Part shown: positions 17,528 through 26,380 of the stretch, in pieces
Layout: the number at the start of each line of letters is the position of its first letter
Position numbering within the stretch: the stretch's first letter is position 1
NCBI GenBank assembly: GCA_018814885.1
Contig: JAHIYU010000177.1
Span: 40,025 to 104,024, forward strand
Origin: a bacterium
GTDB taxonomy: Bacteria; Krumholzibacteriota; Krumholzibacteriia; LZORAL124-64-63
Length of the DNA: 64,000 nucleotides
Direction: 5' to 3'
Notes under the pieces: model-generated
What the model was told of the DNA's origin: nothing
Databases searched by the model: none
The model's input: only the letters and a program-made list of their open reading frames with translations
Made by a program: the position numbers and the translations under genes

Positions 17528-18552
17528 TCTGCGTCGTGGCTCCGCAGCCAATCCCGCCACAGGACGAGTACGCTGTCCGGCACCTCCGGCAGGGGATCCC
17601 CGCGCCAGAGGCGCGCCCCCGCCTGCGCTTCCTCTTCCGGAAGCAGATGCTGCCCCTCGCGATCTAGGAACCGCGGCCGGCGGCGGATGTTGCCGTCGGT
17701 CCCCACGTAATCGGAGCAGACGCCGCCGGCGGCCCCGCCCTCGTTCTCCCAGACCTGGTTGCCGCGGAAGGTGGCGGGCGCGTCGTCGTCCAGCTGGAAG
17801 ACGGCGCTCTCGCCGCGGTTGTAGGCCAGGACGTTCTCCACGATCAGGGCCGGCGAGGAATCGCAGTAGATGCCGCCGCCCCCGCTGCTGGCGGCGTTGC
17901 CGACGATCGTGTTGGCGTAGATGACCGGGCAGGAGTTGAGGGCCAGGATCCCGCCGCCGCTGACGGCGCTGTTGTCGAAGATCAGGTTGTTGTAGACCAG
18001 CGGCGCACAGTCCTGGTAGGCGGAGATCGCCCCCCCCAGATAGCCTTCGTTGTCGCGGAAGACGTTGAAGGCGATCACCGGGCGGCAATCGTAGTTCGTG
18101 TAGACGCCCGGACCCAGGTAGCCCAGGTGGTCGCGGAAGACGTTGTTGATGATCAGCGGGCTGCTGCGGTGCAGGTAGATGCCGCCGCCGCCCGAGTTGG
18201 CATGGGGCCGGCGGCCGTTCTGGAGGGTGAGGCCGGCGATCGTGGTCGTGGAATCGATGCCGCGGCCGAAGAGGCAATAGCGATCGCCGGCGGCGTCGAT
18301 GATCGTCGAATCGGGCCCCGCGATACCGATCAGCGAGACGCCTGAACGCAGGGTGAAGCTGCCCCGGTAGGTGCCCGGGTTCAGCAGCAGGGTATCTCCC
18401 GGTGCGGCGGACTGCAGCCGTGCGGCCAGACCCTGGACGGAATCGGCCGGAGACGGGAACGTGTCGATCCGGGCGGCGGCGGCGGGACCGCCTGTCAGTC
18501 CGCAGGCGAGGCCCACGGCGAGAAACATCAGGATCGCGGCGCGGCGCGGCAT
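17524..18552 (-). CDS. Secreted right-handed parallel beta-helix (PbH1 / NosD-like) repeat protein
   Basis: Signal peptide (MPRRAAILMFLAVGLACGLTGGPAAAA). Repeated PbH1-like units (GGGGIYLHRSSPLIINNVF, GGAISAYQDCAPLVYNNLIF, GGGILALNSCPVIYANTIV, GGGGIYCDSSPALIVENVL). Start at 18552 (ATG). Confidence 0.7.
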   Translation of the reverse strand: MPRRAAILMFLAVGLACGLTGGPAAAARIDTFPSPADSVQGLAARLQSAAPGDTLLLNPGTYRGSFTLRSGVSLIGIAGPDSTIIDAAGDRYCLFGRGIDSTTTIAGLTLQNGRRPHANSGGGGIYLHRSSPLIINNVFRDHLGYLGPGVYTNYDCRPVIAFNVFRDNEGYLGGAISAYQDCAPLVYNNLIFDNSAVSGGGILALNSCPVIYANTIVGNAASSGGGGIYCDSSPALIVENVLAYNRGESAVFQLDDDAPATFRGNQVWENEGGAAGGVCSDYVGTDGNIRRRPRFLDREGQHLLPEEEAQAGARLWRGDPLPEVPDSVLVLWRDWLRSHDAD

Positions 18553-18637
18553 GCGACTCCCTCGCTGCTCGCGAAGGTGCCGGGGACCGGAGCCCCCGGC
18601 ACCTCGTGTTTGATCCGTTCTCCGCGGGGAGAGCGGA

Positions 18638-19609
18638 CTACTTGCGGTACTGGGTCTTGACTTCACCCCAGCTGCAATCGTCGTTGCTGACCTCGCAGGT
18701 CGGACCGATCGTACATGCGATACCATCGGTACAACCCGTAGTGCCGCTCGTGCACACGGTCGCTGCGGTGCAAGCGCCGGCTGCCGACGTACAGCTCTGG
18801 CCACCCGTACAGGTCGGACCGAACGTACAGGCATTGGCTGCGGAGGTGCAGTTGATGCCGGCCGTACAGCCGGTCGCGTCGAAGGTGCAGGCGTTGCCTC
18901 CGGTACAGCCGGGACCCGCGGTGCAGGTGCCGTCGGCGGAGGTACACGCCGTACCCAGAGTACAGGCGTCGGGACCGGTCGTGCAGTTCAGGCCACCGGT
19001 ACACTGCGTGCCGATGGTACAGGCGTTCGACCCGAAGGTGCAGTTCTCACCGAGCGTACAGTTGGTACAGTCGGTGCAGACATCCCACGTGCAACGCACG
19101 CCGGCCGTGCATGCGGCAGGCCCGAACGTACAGTTGGCACCCAGCGTGCACCAGGCGCCGGACGTACAGGTCTCGCCGGCCGTGCACCCGGAGATGCTGG
19201 TGCAGGTTCCACCGACCGTGCAACCGGAGCCCTGGGTACAGGATTCCGCGCCGGTGCACAGAGGCGTCTGTGTGCAGTCGAGTGCCGCCGTACATGTCTG
19301 GGCCGTACAGAGAGAACCCTGCGTACACCCTTCCTCTTGTGTGCAGAGTGCTGTCCCCCCACTGGTTGTTTCGTCGAACTTGTCGGGGTTGCCGGCGACG
19401 GTTTCCGCGGCGATGGCCGCGTCACCCACCCGCCAGACTTTCTGCTGCATCCCGTTTGCAGACAGGTCGGAGATGTGCTTGTACAAGGGCGATTCAACAT
19501 CAACCTCTCCTGCGATCCCCCGGGCGAATGCCGGCGTCGATCCCAGGACGACGGCGAGCACCAGCACGGTGCAAGCCATCAATAGCATTTTCTTCATCAT
19601 GATTATCAC
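18638..19609 (-). CDS. Secreted Cys-Thr hexapeptide-repeat protein (about 38 tandem CTxGxx units)
   Basis: Sec signal peptide. Good Shine-Dalgarno (AAGGGGGTG) 8 nt upstream of the ATG. Residues ~89-312 are built from C-T-x-[GAS]-x-x repeats. Ends ...CEVSNDDCSWGEVKTQYRK. Confidence 0.7.
   Translation of the reverse strand: MIIMMKKMLLMACTVLVLAVVLGSTPAFARGIAGEVDVESPLYKHISDLSANGMQQKVWRVGDAAIAAETVAGNPDKFDETTSGGTALCTQEEGCTQGSLCTAQTCTAALDCTQTPLCTGAESCTQGSGCTVGGTCTSISGCTAGETCTSGAWCTLGANCTFGPAACTAGVRCTWDVCTDCTNCTLGENCTFGSNACTIGTQCTGGLNCTTGPDACTLGTACTSADGTCTAGPGCTGGNACTFDATGCTAGINCTSAANACTFGPTCTGGQSCTSAAGACTAATVCTSGTTGCTDGIACTIGPTCEVSNDDCSWGEVKTQYRK
18676..19345. repeat. Coding tandem repeat, 18-nt (6-codon) period, about 37 copies
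   Basis: tgc-acN-NNN-ggN/gcN-NNN-NNN periodicity visible on the minus strand. The complementary strand yields the artefactual VQ-rich ORF 18402..19622. Confidence 0.8.
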
Positions 19610-19994
19610 CCCCCTTCAATAGATGCTGTTGTGGCGATCGCCCGCGAAGAGCGCCGCTGAGGCGGACCACAACATTCGTGCAGGGGAAAAGCCTAGCATA
19701 TCGGCGCACAGAATTTTCAAGAATCATGTGGGCAGTGGCTCTGCTTCTGTATGTAAATTCACCGGGGGTAAAAAATGACTTCTGCCTTCTGGAATTTGAC
19801 AGTCGCAATACCGATCTTCTTAACCTAACTTGTCGCGTGTTCAACCACTTGAGGACTCTTGACCAAGGGAGAATGACAGATCAACGTGGAACGGGGATAC
19901 GGATCGATCGAGCCGGAATCACCGCGAATCCCACCGGGAAGTTGAGGGGATGCCACGTAGGAGGGTGACCCGGAGGTGAATCGAGAAACTGCGG
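19610..19994 (-). promoter_or_regulatory. AT-rich upstream/leader region of the CT-repeat operon
   Basis: About 385 nt non-coding, with GC well below local average. Candidate -35/-10 (TTGAAA...TATGCT) about 60 nt upstream of the ATG. The remainder may be a leader or small RNA. Confidence 0.35.
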
Positions 19995-20028
19995 CGGGAA
20001 AAAGGAATCGGGCCACCGTCGGGCAACC
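19995..20028 (-). terminator. Intrinsic terminator downstream of tRNA-Pro(GGG)
   Basis: Minus-strand RNA folds GGGUUGCC-CGA-GGUGGCCC (G-C and G-U pairs), followed by GAUUCCUUUUUCCC. Confidence 0.4.
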
Positions 20029-20050
20029 CGTTTCAAGACTTGTGGTTCTC

Positions 20051-20127
<77 letters not shown>

Positions 20128-20214
20128 ACCGAGATGTCCCAGCACGGGCGATAACCCGCGCGGTTCGACAATCTAATACGCTCCCGTCGGCATCACAAGC
20201 GCGGAATGGTCTGG

Positions 20215-20601
20215 TCACTCCCCCTTGGCCTTCATCTCCTTGAGGAGATCCATGACCTCCTTCAGCTCGCGTCTGAGGTGGGCGATCCGCTTGCCGCGGT
20301 TCTGACCCTCGAAGAGCGATTCCTGCGGTTGTTCCTGTTCCTTGGCCGCGGCGCCGCGCTTGTGTTCGCGCAGGTGCTTGCGGGCGCCCTCGATGCGGTA
20401 GCCTTCCTCCTGCAACAGACTGCGGATCGTCAGGATCTCGTCGATATCCTTCTTGCGGTAGTTGCGCGCGCCGGAGCGGGCCCGCTTGGGCTTCAGGGTG
20501 GGGAACTCGCTCTCCCAGTAGCGTAGGACGTGCGGTTCCACGCCGGTATGCTCGGCGACTTCGCGTATGGAGTAGTAGAGCTTGTCGGGTAGTTCCGCCA
20601 C
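20215..20601 (-). CDS. MerR-family transcriptional regulator
   Basis: N-terminal MerR HTH (YSIREVAEHTGVEPHVLRYWESEF) plus C-terminal coiled-coil/basic tail. 128 aa. Confidence 0.75.
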   Translation of the reverse strand: MAELPDKLYYSIREVAEHTGVEPHVLRYWESEFPTLKPKRARSGARNYRKKDIDEILTIRSLLQEEGYRIEGARKHLREHKRGAAAKEQEQPQESLFEGQNRGKRIAHLRRELKEVMDLLKEMKAKGE

Positions 20602-20628
20602 GGGTCCTCTCCCATCAATCGACGATTC

Positions 20629-21642
20629 TCATTCGTGCTCCGAACGCAGGGCCCGTTCCATGAGATCCTGCATCGCCTTGGACGGAGCCTTGCCGGAGAA
20701 TAGCACATCGTGAACTTCTTGGGTAATGGGAAGTTCGATCGAGTGCTTCGCACTCAACTTCAAGGCTGCCTGCGTCATGACGGCTCCCTCGACCACCTGG
20801 CAGGCCTGTTTCAGGATGGATTGGGGGTCCTGCGCCGCACGCGCGACTGCCTCTCCGTAGTTGCGGTTGCGCGAATGGCGGCTCGTGCAGGTCGTGATCA
20901 TGTCGCCGATGCCCGACAAGCCGTAGAAGGTCTCGAACTGGCCGCCCAGGGCGATGCCCAGCCGGGCCAGTTCCTTCAGTCCCCTGGTCATGACGGCGCC
21001 GCGTGTGTTGTCGCCGTAACCCAGCCCGTCGGCCATGCCGACCGCGATGGCGATGACGTTCTTGAAGGCGGCGGCGATCTCGACCCCGACCAGATCGCGG
21101 TTGGTGTAGACCCGCACCGTCGGACCGCTCAGGTGCTGTTGCCAGTCGTGCCAGCTCTCGCCGCGTCCCGACAGGACCAGGGCCGTCGGCAGGCGCAGGA
21201 CGACCTCCTCGGCGTGGCTGGGGCCCAGCAGCACGCCTATGCGATGGGGATGGCCCGCGGCGTCGTGGAGCAGCTCCTCCTCCATCACCGTGCTCAGGCG
21301 CTTCAGAGTGCTCAGTTCCAGCCCCTTGCTCAGACAGATGACCGGCACTTCGGCCTTGAGGCGGCAGTCGCGCAGGGCGTGGGCCACGCCGCGCACGGTC
21401 TGACTCGGCAGGATGAAGAAGACGGCGTCGGCCCCGCCGACGGCTTCCTGCAGGTCCAGGGTGGCTGTCATGTTGGCGGGCAGGATCAGATCGGGAAAGA
21501 AGGCCGGATTGGTGTGCGTGTCCCGGATGGCCGAGATCTGGTCGGCCTCGATGCCCCAGAGCACCACGTCCCGCCACGACTCGGCGAGATGGCGACCGAA
21601 GGCCGTGCCCCAGCTGCCGGATCCCAGGATCGCTGCGCGCAT
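20629..21642 (-). CDS. gpsA: NAD(P)H-dependent glycerol-3-phosphate dehydrogenase
   Basis: MRAAILGSGSWGTAF Rossmann start. GpsA core conserved through ...TTCTSRHSRNRNYG. Start taken at internal ATG (21642). The upstream in-frame extension looks spurious. Confidence 0.9.
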   Translation of the reverse strand: MRAAILGSGSWGTAFGRHLAESWRDVVLWGIEADQISAIRDTHTNPAFFPDLILPANMTATLDLQEAVGGADAVFFILPSQTVRGVAHALRDCRLKAEVPVICLSKGLELSTLKRLSTVMEEELLHDAAGHPHRIGVLLGPSHAEEVVLRLPTALVLSGRGESWHDWQQHLSGPTVRVYTNRDLVGVEIAAAFKNVIAIAVGMADGLGYGDNTRGAVMTRGLKELARLGIALGGQFETFYGLSGIGDMITTCTSRHSRNRNYGEAVARAAQDPQSILKQACQVVEGAVMTQAALKLSAKHSIELPITQEVHDVLFSGKAPSKAMQDLMERALRSEHE

Positions 21643-21659
21643 TGTCCAGCCTTTCGCCG

Positions 21660-22334
21660 CTAGCCGGTCGTCCTGTCGTCCAGGCCGTTGGACTCGAGGG
21701 GTTTCTCCGTCCCCGCCTGCAGGCGCTTGATGTTGGTGCGGTGCTTGACCAGGACCCAGAGGCAGATGACAAGCGTGAACACGAAGATGGTCTTGGAGAA
21801 CTGCTCCGAACGCAACTCGAAATAGCCCACGGCGATGGGCAGCACGATGGCGGCGACGATGCTGCCCAGGGATACGATCCGGGTGATCGCCATCATGATC
21901 GCGAAGGCGCCCAGGGCGACGAGCGTGGGGTAAGGCGCCAGCACGAAGAAGGCGCCGCTGGTGGTCGCCACGCCCTTGCCGCCGTGGAAGCCCACGAACG
22001 GCGACAAGGTGTGGCCCAGGGCCGCCACGAAACCGGCGAAGATGCGCCACAGGTCGGGCGGCAGGTGCAAAGGTGTGGGCTGTCCCCCGGGCCAGGTCGC
22101 GGTCACCGCCGTCATGGCCAGCACGGCGACGGCGCCCTTGGCCATGTCCAGCAGCAGCACCAGCAGGCCCCACCAGGGGCCCAGGGTGCGGAAGACGTTG
22201 GTGGCGCCGAGATTGCCGCTACCATGCTCGCGCAGGTCGATGCCCCGCAGACGCTTGGCGACTATGAAGCTGAACGGTATGGCGCCGAGCAGGTAGGAGA
22301 GCAGAAGAACGAGTATCAGCAGCATGTGATGCAC
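21660..22334 (-). CDS. plsY: Glycerol-3-phosphate acyltransferase PlsY
   Basis: GSGNLGATNVFR and FHGGKGVAT motifs. About 5 TM helices. gpsA-plsY adjacency. Confidence 0.85.
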   Translation of the reverse strand: MHHMLLILVLLLSYLLGAIPFSFIVAKRLRGIDLREHGSGNLGATNVFRTLGPWWGLLVLLLDMAKGAVAVLAMTAVTATWPGGQPTPLHLPPDLWRIFAGFVAALGHTLSPFVGFHGGKGVATTSGAFFVLAPYPTLVALGAFAIMMAITRIVSLGSIVAAIVLPIAVGYFELRSEQFSKTIFVFTLVICLWVLVKHRTNIKRLQAGTEKPLESNGLDDRTTG

Positions 22335-22337
22335 CTC

Positions 22338-23648
22338 TCAATGCTTCTTGAGCTTCACGAAGATGCGACTTCCCTCGAAACCGAATCGCGCGCGTATCTT
22401 GTTGTTGATGAACCTCACGAAGCTGCGGTCGAACCACTGGGGATTGTTGACCGAGAGCATGAACACCGGTGGTGCCGTGTCGATCTGCGTCGCGTAGTAG
22501 ACCTTGCCCGTGCCGCCGCCGTGGAAGCGCGGGGGCTGCTTGTGGATCACGCCCTCCAGGTAGGCGTTGAGCACGCTGGTCTCGACCCTGCGCAGGCGCG
22601 CCTCGTGCACGGCCCAGACCGTTTCCAGGACACGCCCGCTGCGCTGGTGCGTGTGCGCCGACAGGGTGAACCACGGAGCGTAGGTCAGGAACGGGACCTC
22701 GCGGCAGAACGTCTCCCAGACCCCAAGATGCGTATTGTGGTCCTTCTCCACCAGGTCCCACTTGTTGAAGGCCACCACCACGCCCTTGCCGCTGTCGTGT
22801 ATCAGGCCGGCGATCTTGGCGTCCTGGCTGACGGTCCCGTCGCTGGCGTCCACCATCAGCACGGCCACGTCGCACTGTTCCAGGGCGAGAAATGTGCGCA
22901 TGTTGCTGAAGGCCTCGACGGCTTCCTGGACGCGCGACTTGCGGCGAAGGCCCGCCGTGTCGATCAAGCGCAGGGTGCGGCCATGCCAGCGCAGGTCGGT
23001 GTGGATGGCGTCGCGGGTAGTGCCCGCTATTTCGCTGACCAGGGCGTCCTGTCGGCCGGTGAGCAGGTTGAGCAGGCTCGACTTGCCCACGTTCGGACGG
23101 CCGAGGATCGCCACGCGAGAGTCGCAGGGGGCCTCGACGGTCTGCTTGGGGAAGTCCGCCGCGACCCGGTCGAGAAGGTCGCCGATGCCGTGGCCATGCA
23201 GGGCGCTGATGACGTGGGGCTCCCCCAGGCCGAGGGAGTAGAACTCCGCCGCGCTGAGACGCTGATGCTCCTTCTCCACCTTGTTCACGCAGAGGACCAC
23301 GGGCTTGCCGCTGCGTCGAAGATGCTGGGCGATGGCGTCGTCCCAGCTGGAAAGGCCGCCCGAGCCGTCGACCATGAAGAGCACCACGTCGGCCTCTTCG
23401 ATGGCGTCGTGGGCCACCTCTGTCACCAGGGCGTCGAAGCGCGAGACCTCGTCGCCGAAGGGAACGATGCCGCCGGTGTCCAGCAGCAGGAAGGCATGGC
23501 CGGCCCAGTCGGTCAACTCGGCGATGCGGTCGCGCGTCACGCCCGGTGTCTCGTGGACGACCGAGCGGCGCTGACCGATGATGCGGTTGAACAGCGTCGA
23601 CTTGCCCACGTTGGGGCGGCCGACGATCACCACCGTCCTGGTCGACAC
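22338..23648 (-). CDS. der: Ribosome-biogenesis GTPase Der (EngA), tandem GTP-binding domains
   Basis: Two G domains (GRPNVGKSTLFN and GRPNVGKSSLLN) plus a KH-like C-terminus. Confidence 0.9.
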   Translation of the reverse strand: MSTRTVVIVGRPNVGKSTLFNRIIGQRRSVVHETPGVTRDRIAELTDWAGHAFLLLDTGGIVPFGDEVSRFDALVTEVAHDAIEEADVVLFMVDGSGGLSSWDDAIAQHLRRSGKPVVLCVNKVEKEHQRLSAAEFYSLGLGEPHVISALHGHGIGDLLDRVAADFPKQTVEAPCDSRVAILGRPNVGKSSLLNLLTGRQDALVSEIAGTTRDAIHTDLRWHGRTLRLIDTAGLRRKSRVQEAVEAFSNMRTFLALEQCDVAVLMVDASDGTVSQDAKIAGLIHDSGKGVVVAFNKWDLVEKDHNTHLGVWETFCREVPFLTYAPWFTLSAHTHQRSGRVLETVWAVHEARLRRVETSVLNAYLEGVIHKQPPRFHGGGTGKVYYATQIDTAPPVFMLSVNNPQWFDRSFVRFINNKIRARFGFEGSRIFVKLKKH

Positions 23649-23741
23649 GTACCCTCCCGGCGACTTTAAGCGATAGCCGCAACTGGTTGATATTTAAGAT
23701 CATTAAGAGTCACGCGGTCGCTCACGCAAAGTCAGGAGACG

Positions 23742-25043
23742 TTAGCCCAAAACGGCCCAGAAGTCAATCAGGCCTTCTTCGTCCGGCACGTGGAGGCGGT
23801 GCGGCTGCCCGGCGGCGATGGCGTCCAGCGTCAGGTCGTCGAGTGCCAGGTCGTCGCTGTTGAACATGCGGGGCGGCAGCAGGACGTCGCGGATCGGAGC
23901 GACAGGCAGTGCGTCCAATGCGCGGCGCACGTCCCCCCCCGAGAGCAGGCCGGCCACGGTCACGCTGGCGCCATAGAAAAAGTTGTCCACACCGACCACC
24001 TCTATCTGCGGCAGATCCGGGCCGCTCAGCACGGGCGTCAGGCGCTGGTCGAAGGCGGACTTGCCCAGCCGACCGGTCAGGATGGTCAGCGGGCGACGCG
24101 GCAGCGCACCGGTCGCGCGGCGGCGGGTCAGGCCCGCGGACCAGCAATGTTCGAGGTTGCGGGTGATGCCGATGCCGTTGTCGAGCTGCGCGAGGTCGTC
24201 GTACTGGCCCAGCGGCGGGAAAGGACGGCCTGCCAGCAGGTAGAACTCGTCGCTGAGGTGCACGAAGGCCGGACCGCCGCCGGCGCGCAGCCGATCCTGC
24301 CAGGCGTGCACCTGATCGATCGTGGCCGCGGCCAGACCGGGGGGCACGGATTCCAGCTTCGTCAAGCCCTCGCGATGCGCAGACAGGCCCACCGGCACCA
24401 CGGCGAGCGTCTCGACGCCGGGCCGCAGGGCCGCCAGGTCGGCGATGGAGCGGTCGAGGATCCCGCCGTCGTTCCAGCCGGGGCAGAGCACGATCTGGGT
24501 GTGGACGGTGATGCCGCCGTCGGTCAGCCGCCGCAGGAGCGCCAGCACGTCGATGCGCCTCTTGATGCCCAGCATGCGGGTGCGGACGTCGATGTCGGTG
24601 GCGTGCACCGACACGTACAGCGGCGTCATCCTCTGCTCGATGATCCGCTCGATGCCGCGCCGTCCCATCGACGTGAGCGTGATGTAGTTGCCGTACAGGA
24701 AGCTGAGCCGGTAGTCCTCGTCCTTGACGTAGATGCTCGAGCGCATACCCGCGGGGTTCTGGTCGATGAAGCAGAAGACGCAGTCGCAGGCGCAGGTCTT
24801 GAACTCCATGGCGGCGAAGCATGACGTGACCTGGTCCAGGGCGTGGGGTGCCAGGCTCACCCGGGTCTCGTCGCCGTCGGCACGACGGATGGTCAGGACC
24901 ATCTCGTCGCCGCGCGGCATGTAGTAGTACAGGTCCAGCATGTCCTCGACCGGCCGGCCGTCGACCGCGGTCACGGCGTCGCCCTCGCGCCAGTCGTGCA
25001 GCTTGCTCAGCGGCGACGGGAAGGGCTGGATCAACCGGATCAT
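23742..25043 (-). CDS. PDZ-domain / radical-SAM-like DUF512 family protein
   Basis: N-terminal PDZ-like segment followed by a Cys cluster (CACDCVFC) and DUF512-type core. Start at internal ATG (MIRLIQPF). Confidence 0.7.
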   Translation of the reverse strand: MIRLIQPFPSPLSKLHDWREGDAVTAVDGRPVEDMLDLYYYMPRGDEMVLTIRRADGDETRVSLAPHALDQVTSCFAAMEFKTCACDCVFCFIDQNPAGMRSSIYVKDEDYRLSFLYGNYITLTSMGRRGIERIIEQRMTPLYVSVHATDIDVRTRMLGIKRRIDVLALLRRLTDGGITVHTQIVLCPGWNDGGILDRSIADLAALRPGVETLAVVPVGLSAHREGLTKLESVPPGLAAATIDQVHAWQDRLRAGGGPAFVHLSDEFYLLAGRPFPPLGQYDDLAQLDNGIGITRNLEHCWSAGLTRRRATGALPRRPLTILTGRLGKSAFDQRLTPVLSGPDLPQIEVVGVDNFFYGASVTVAGLLSGGDVRRALDALPVAPIRDVLLPPRMFNSDDLALDDLTLDAIAAGQPHRLHVPDEEGLIDFWAVLG

Positions 25044-25304
25044 CGTCAACCTCGGTGGCGAAGTGCACGGATGCCCGTCCGCGCACGGCGGGGGAGCTTC
25101 CCCCATGATAGAAAGACGGGTCGCGCCTGCGCAACCCGTGAGGACGCCGCGAGGCTGGCCCGGTCCCGCAGGGTTCGTGCCGAGGAAGACCTCGATGCGG
25201 GCTGAGAAAAATCGGCCAGACCTGGACCAGACCTGGACCGAACAGAGTTACACGAAACGCGGGGAGTCACCGATCTGGTAACTCCCCGCGCTGCTTAAGG
25301 TTGC

Positions 25305-25380
25305 TGGAGCGGGCTACGGGGCTCGAACCCGCGACCACCAGCTTGGGAAGCTGGTGCTCTACCAACTGAGCTAAGCCCGC
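25305..25380 (-). tRNA. tRNA-Gly (anticodon CCC)
   Basis: Reverse complement is GCGGGCTTAGCTCAGTTGGTAGAGCACCAGCTTCCCAAGCTGGTGGTCGCGGGTTCGAGCCCCGTAGCCCGCTCCA. Anticodon loop is TTCCCAA. Confidence 0.9.
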
Positions 25381-25435
25381 ACCGCAACCGAGAAGTTAAG
25401 CCGAGGCGGCGGGTCGTGTCAAGCCGCCGCGGCCG

Positions 25436-26380
25436 TCAACCCTTCGCGACGGCCCGACGCAGCAACGCCTCGATCGCCTCCAGGAGGCGGGGGTCGTCGG
25501 GATCGCCGTAGGCCTCCCGCGTCTGGGCCCTGAACCAGGTCCGCTGCCGCTTGGCGTAGCGCGCGGTGCTGGCGACGATGCGTTCCCGCGTGTCGGGCAG
25601 GGAGCGGTCCCCGACCAGGTGCAGGACCAGATCGTGGTAGCCTAGGGTTCTCAGCCCGGGGGCGTCTGGGCCGAACTCGCCCAGCAGCTCGCGCGTCTCC
25701 TCGAGCCAGCCCGCGGACAGCATCCCGGCGGTGCGCGCGGCGATGCGCGAGCGTAGCGCGCTGCGTTCGCGGTCCAGCAGGACCAGGGGGAAGGACAGGC
25801 CGAGTGCCGGATCGGCTTCGCGCGCGCTCATGATCTCGGTCATCGTCCGTCCTGTGAGCCGGTGGATCTCCAGCGCGCGCTGGCTGCGGTAGCGGTCGTG
25901 AGGATGGATGCGCGCGAAACTGGCCGCGTCCACCCTGCGCAGGCGCTCGCGCACGGCCGCGTCGTCCAGGGCGTCCAGGTCGGCCCGGACCCCGGTCAGA
26001 TGCGGCGCGGTCCGGGGCACGGCGAAGAAACCGTCCCGCACCGCCGTCAGGTACAGGCCGGCCCCCCCCACCAGGAGGGGCAGGCGGCCGCGGGAGCGGA
26101 TGTCGTCCACCGCGCGGCAGAAATCCTCGCGAAAGAGCTGCGCCGAATAGAGCTCGCGGGGAGACAGGAAGTCGACCAGGTGGTGCGGGCAGGCCGCTCT
26201 CTCCTCGGCAGTGGGCTGGGCCGTGCCGATGCGCAGGCCGCGGTAGATCTGCCGGCTGTCCAGGGAAACGATCTCGATGGGGTGGCGCCGCGCCAGCGAC
26301 ACGGTCAAGGCGGTCTTGCCCACGGCCGTGGGCCCCGCGATCACGGGACAGACGCCGCACGTGCCCGCCCGCGCGCCCAC
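25436..26380 (-). CDS. miaA: tRNA dimethylallyltransferase
   Basis: P-loop IAGPTAVGKT...SLDSRQIYRGL..IGTA MiaA signature. Directly downstream of mutL. Confidence 0.9.
   Translation of the reverse strand: MGARAGTCGVCPVIAGPTAVGKTALTVSLARRHPIEIVSLDSRQIYRGLRIGTAQPTAEERAACPHHLVDFLSPRELYSAQLFREDFCRAVDDIRSRGRLPLLVGGAGLYLTAVRDGFFAVPRTAPHLTGVRADLDALDDAAVRERLRRVDAASFARIHPHDRYRSQRALEIHRLTGRTMTEIMSAREADPALGLSFPLVLLDRERSALRSRIAARTAGMLSAGWLEETRELLGEFGPDAPGLRTLGYHDLVLHLVGDRSLPDTRERIVASTARYAKRQRTWFRAQTREAYGDPDDPRLLEAIEALLRRAVAKG

Noticed and set aside
15425-18277. 950-aa minus-strand ORF and other very long ORFs in alternative frames (e.g. 21642-23669 +, 28312-30279 +, 38391-40718 +, 45122-47320 +, 47821-49674 +, 56270-59191 +)
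   Set aside because: All lie antisense or out of frame to strongly supported genes and have the Arg/Gly/Ala/Pro-rich composition typical of spurious open frames in 70% GC DNA. None contains recognisable motifs.
18402-19622. 406-aa plus-strand ORF rich in VQ/PVQ repeats
   Set aside because: It is exactly antisense to the CT-repeat gene. The repeat periodicity keeps the complementary frame open. The minus-strand gene has a signal peptide, a Shine-Dalgarno sequence and a coherent repeat; this ORF has none of these.
20629-22173. Full 514-aa ORF containing gpsA
   Set aside because: The ~177-codon N-terminal extension overlaps plsY out of frame and has no homology. GpsA begins at the internal MRAAILGSGSWG.
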